Shown in pieces: positions 61,479-64,000 of a stretch of 64,000 bases of DNA. Each line of letters starts with the position of its first letter. Within the stretch, counting starts at the first letter, position 1. The notes under the pieces were generated by a model. The model was not told where the DNA came from and did not search any database. It saw only the letters and a program-made list of their open reading frames with translations. Made by a program: the position numbers and the translations under genes. Origin of the DNA: Microthyrium microscopicum (lineage: Eukaryota); NCBI GenBank assembly GCA_010405405.1, contig MU004230.1:406627-470626 (forward strand), in the 5' to 3' direction.

Positions 61479-62610
61479 ATGAAGGAAGCAACTATTTTCC
61501 CGGGCACTAAAGTCAAGATCAACGATGTAGATTTTCCAACCCTGCCGAGTCCCGATCATCTCATTATCAAAGTTATTGTTGCTGGGTCCAATCCAAAAGA
61601 CTGGGCTATAGCAGAACGAGGTCAGCATTGAAGGCTCTTGAATGGCATCGTACGTGATATGCTAATGTGAATTTCTAGTTCCCGGCATAAATCAAGGAGA
61701 TGATATAGCCGGCATCGTCCACTCTGTTGGCGACAATGTCACCAACTTCAGACCTGGAGATCGAGTAGCCAGCTTCCACGAGATGCTCACTCCTCACGGA
61801 TGCTTTGCCGAATATGCCGTTGGACTAGAAGCCACCACATTCCACATTCCACCCAATGTTTCGTTTGAAGAAGCATCAACAATTCCTTTGGCAGGCATGA
61901 CTGCCGCGCTAGGCATGTACCAAAGACTCGGACTCCCACTTCCATGGCTTCCAGCTCAAGAGAGGCTACCGCTAGTGGTGTATGGAGCCGCAGGTGCAGT
62001 TGGCGCCTTCGCGGTCAAACTTGCAACGCTTTCCAATATACATCCCATCATTTGCGTCGCGGGACGAGGTATCGAATATGTAGAGTCTTTGATTGATAGG
62101 TCGAAAGGAGACACTATCGTGGACTATCGCCAAGGCAACGACGAGGTTGTCAAAAGTTTCCAACAAGCTCTCAATGGAGAGAAGCTATGCTATGCATTCG
62201 ATGCTGTCAGCGACAAGGGAAGCTACCAGAATCTGATGAAGGTTATGGACCTATCGAAGGGCAGAATTTCGCTCGTTCTTGCACGAAAGCATTATGAAGG
62301 CATACCGGATAGCTTTGCAAAATTCTTCACCCAGGTTGGAAGAGTTCACGCAGAGTCGTATCCTGGCATCAAAGGAGAGAAGAAGCTACAAGGCCTCTTG
62401 GGTGATCAAGACTTCGGGGCTGTTATGTACAAGTTCTTCGAGCGAGGATTGAAGGCGGGTTGGTTCAAAGGCCATCCGTATCAGGTTGTTCCAGGAGGTC
62501 TAGATGGGGTGGAAACTGGCTTGCAAGATCTCAAAGCCGGAAAAGCTAGCGCCTTCAAGTTTGTCTTCAGAATCGAGGAGACAAAAGGATTGTCTCAATC
62601 AAAGTTGTAG
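61479..62610 (+). CDS. Zinc-independent MDR / trans-enoyl reductase-like (ToxD-type) oxidoreductase, 2 exons
   Basis: 'KVIVAGSNPKDW', 'NQGDDIAGIVHSVG', 'FAEYA', 'SFEEASTIPLA', 'VYGAAGAVG', 'GKASAFKFVFRI'; intron 61621-61678. Confidence 0.92.
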
Positions 62611-63739
62611 GCGGTAGGCGGATAGATCTGGATGTAGACTAATATATTTTGAATAACGACAACACAACCATCGTCACTGGTCATCTCATAGCCCCTGAAT
62701 TTCTTGATGTTTTACCTCTAGTTCTTTCCGCTTCTGTTTCTCATGCTTTGCGTTAACTGGTGATCTAATACCCTACTTACTGTTCATTTGATCTTTGAAT
62801 TTCGCGCCTGGCACCGATGACCACGAGAGATTATTGGTTGCCTGTACGATAACAATCGAGAACGTGGAGAGGAGCCAATAACACGAAAATAATGGAAAAG
62901 TGCACTAATGGTATCTTATTCCCCATAACAAACCAACCTCTCTCTACCTGCTAGGATACAAAAACCCGATCCAACAAGTACAGGCTAAACTCCAGCATAA
63001 AAACCCCAAGATGCTTTGAACCGTTCTCGAGGATGTGAACGATGATCACAAGAAATGAACGCTGGCTAGAGTTCACAGACATGAAGAAAGGAGAATATCC
63101 CTCGTAAAGACAGAAGAAAGCGAGTCAAAAGTAGGATGAAAACCGTTGCAGTGGTCGTGAAAAAGAAAGAGAATGCTTGTTTGCCATGTCTACTCTTGAA
63201 AAGGGGTAATCGAACAAAAATGACAAAAAAATGGATTGCGAGACCAACGGTTTGTGAATGAGAAGAAGTTCTTTGCTTCTCCTCTCGTTTCCAAACAACT
63301 TTGTAGACAGAATTGAAACAGGGCCGACAAAATGAATAGCGCTTCCAAACTCCATTAAGGTAAGAATGAACCAGCCACGATGGACTTTTAAGGCGGTGCT
63401 GGCTTGAGAAAACGCTGATATGCTTTGCTAGCGACGACTGTCTACTCTAAAAGAGCAGAACACTACATTTTCTGCGATGTGAAGGGTCGAGTGAATTTAA
63501 AGGTTTTCGTTGGAGCCATGACAGGTTCAAGGGAACGGAGGCCAATGGTGTTATGGCTCACTGCGTGGCATAGTACATTTCGATGGCTAGATCGACCGAA
63601 AGAAAAATTTGCCTGGCCACGACGCGGCCCTTGGTTCTGAATATCTTCGTCGCTGCCCCACAGTATGTTGACGAGGTATAGCAGATCATGCCAGAACTCA
63701 TTGAAATCAAGATCCTACTGATTTTCTTTGTCATGCATT

Positions 63740-64000
63740 TCAGCCAGCTCCAGTTACTCCCATTGGACCCGTAGGCCCAGGATGGCCTCGGTAATTATGA
63801 CTTTGTCTTTGAGGACTTCCATTAGGGTCTGGAGTGAATTGTTGAGGCGGAGTACCAACTCCATGCGATGGTCCATAAGTGAAATTGCCACTGGGCGTTG
63901 CTCCGCTACCTACGTGGCGAACAGAGGCTTCATTCTGCCATGCTTGCGGGTCCTGGGCTACAACATTTCCAGAACGCCCTTGCGATGGCCGAGATCCGGT
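63740..64000 (-). CDS. Probable 3' end of a gene running off the window (low-complexity G/P/S/Q-rich)
   Basis: 86 open codons from the window edge to TGA 63740-63742 (TGSRPSQGRSG...GPMGVTGAG*). Confidence 0.5.
   Translation of the reverse strand, partial: TGSRPSQGRSGNVVAQDPQAWQNEASVRHVGSGATPSGNFTYGPSHGVGTPPQQFTPDPNGSPQRQSHNYRGHPGPTGPMGVTGAG

Noticed and set aside
54257..62610. Secondary-metabolite cluster (TF, SDR, enoyl reductase)
   Set aside because: No PKS, NRPS or terpene synthase backbone gene in the window; cannot be supported here.
1..64000. tRNA, rRNA or snoRNA genes
   Set aside because: No convincing cloverleaf, 5S or box C/D pattern seen by eye; a tRNAscan-SE/Rfam scan would be needed to exclude them.

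Overview
Gene-dense, intron-containing eukaryotic DNA from a filamentous ascomycete fungus (short ~50-nt GT-AG introns with CTRAC branch sites; Pezizomycotina-type genes). About 27 protein-coding loci. Housekeeping genes: neurochondrin-like, Bor1-type anion transporter, MTG1, glutamine synthetase, MGR3-like, SRAP/HMCES, MRF1, CMT1/Cap59 mannosyltransferase and a Cnn_1N protein. Also two transcription factors, several oxidoreductases, secreted proteins (class II peroxidase, Cys-rich small protein) and a leaderless CVNH lectin. Most notable: (i) a 566-bp non-autonomous DNA transposon (MITE) with ~150-bp TIRs, TAT...ATA ends and a 5-bp target-site duplication; (ii) an isochorismatase-like/AlkB-like gene that appears split into two ORFs; (iii) an accessory block at ~40-46.3 kb with a decayed secreted Met/His-rich (DHSKHMG-repeat) protein built by exon-intron duplication, an 8-Cys secreted protein with a Kex2-releasable repeated tail, and a small ART-fold-like protein; (iv) a long glutamine synthetase intron carrying a paired GATA site. 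No tRNA, rRNA or CRISPR was recognised. All calls were made by eye from sequence and recalled family motifs; no database searches were run.
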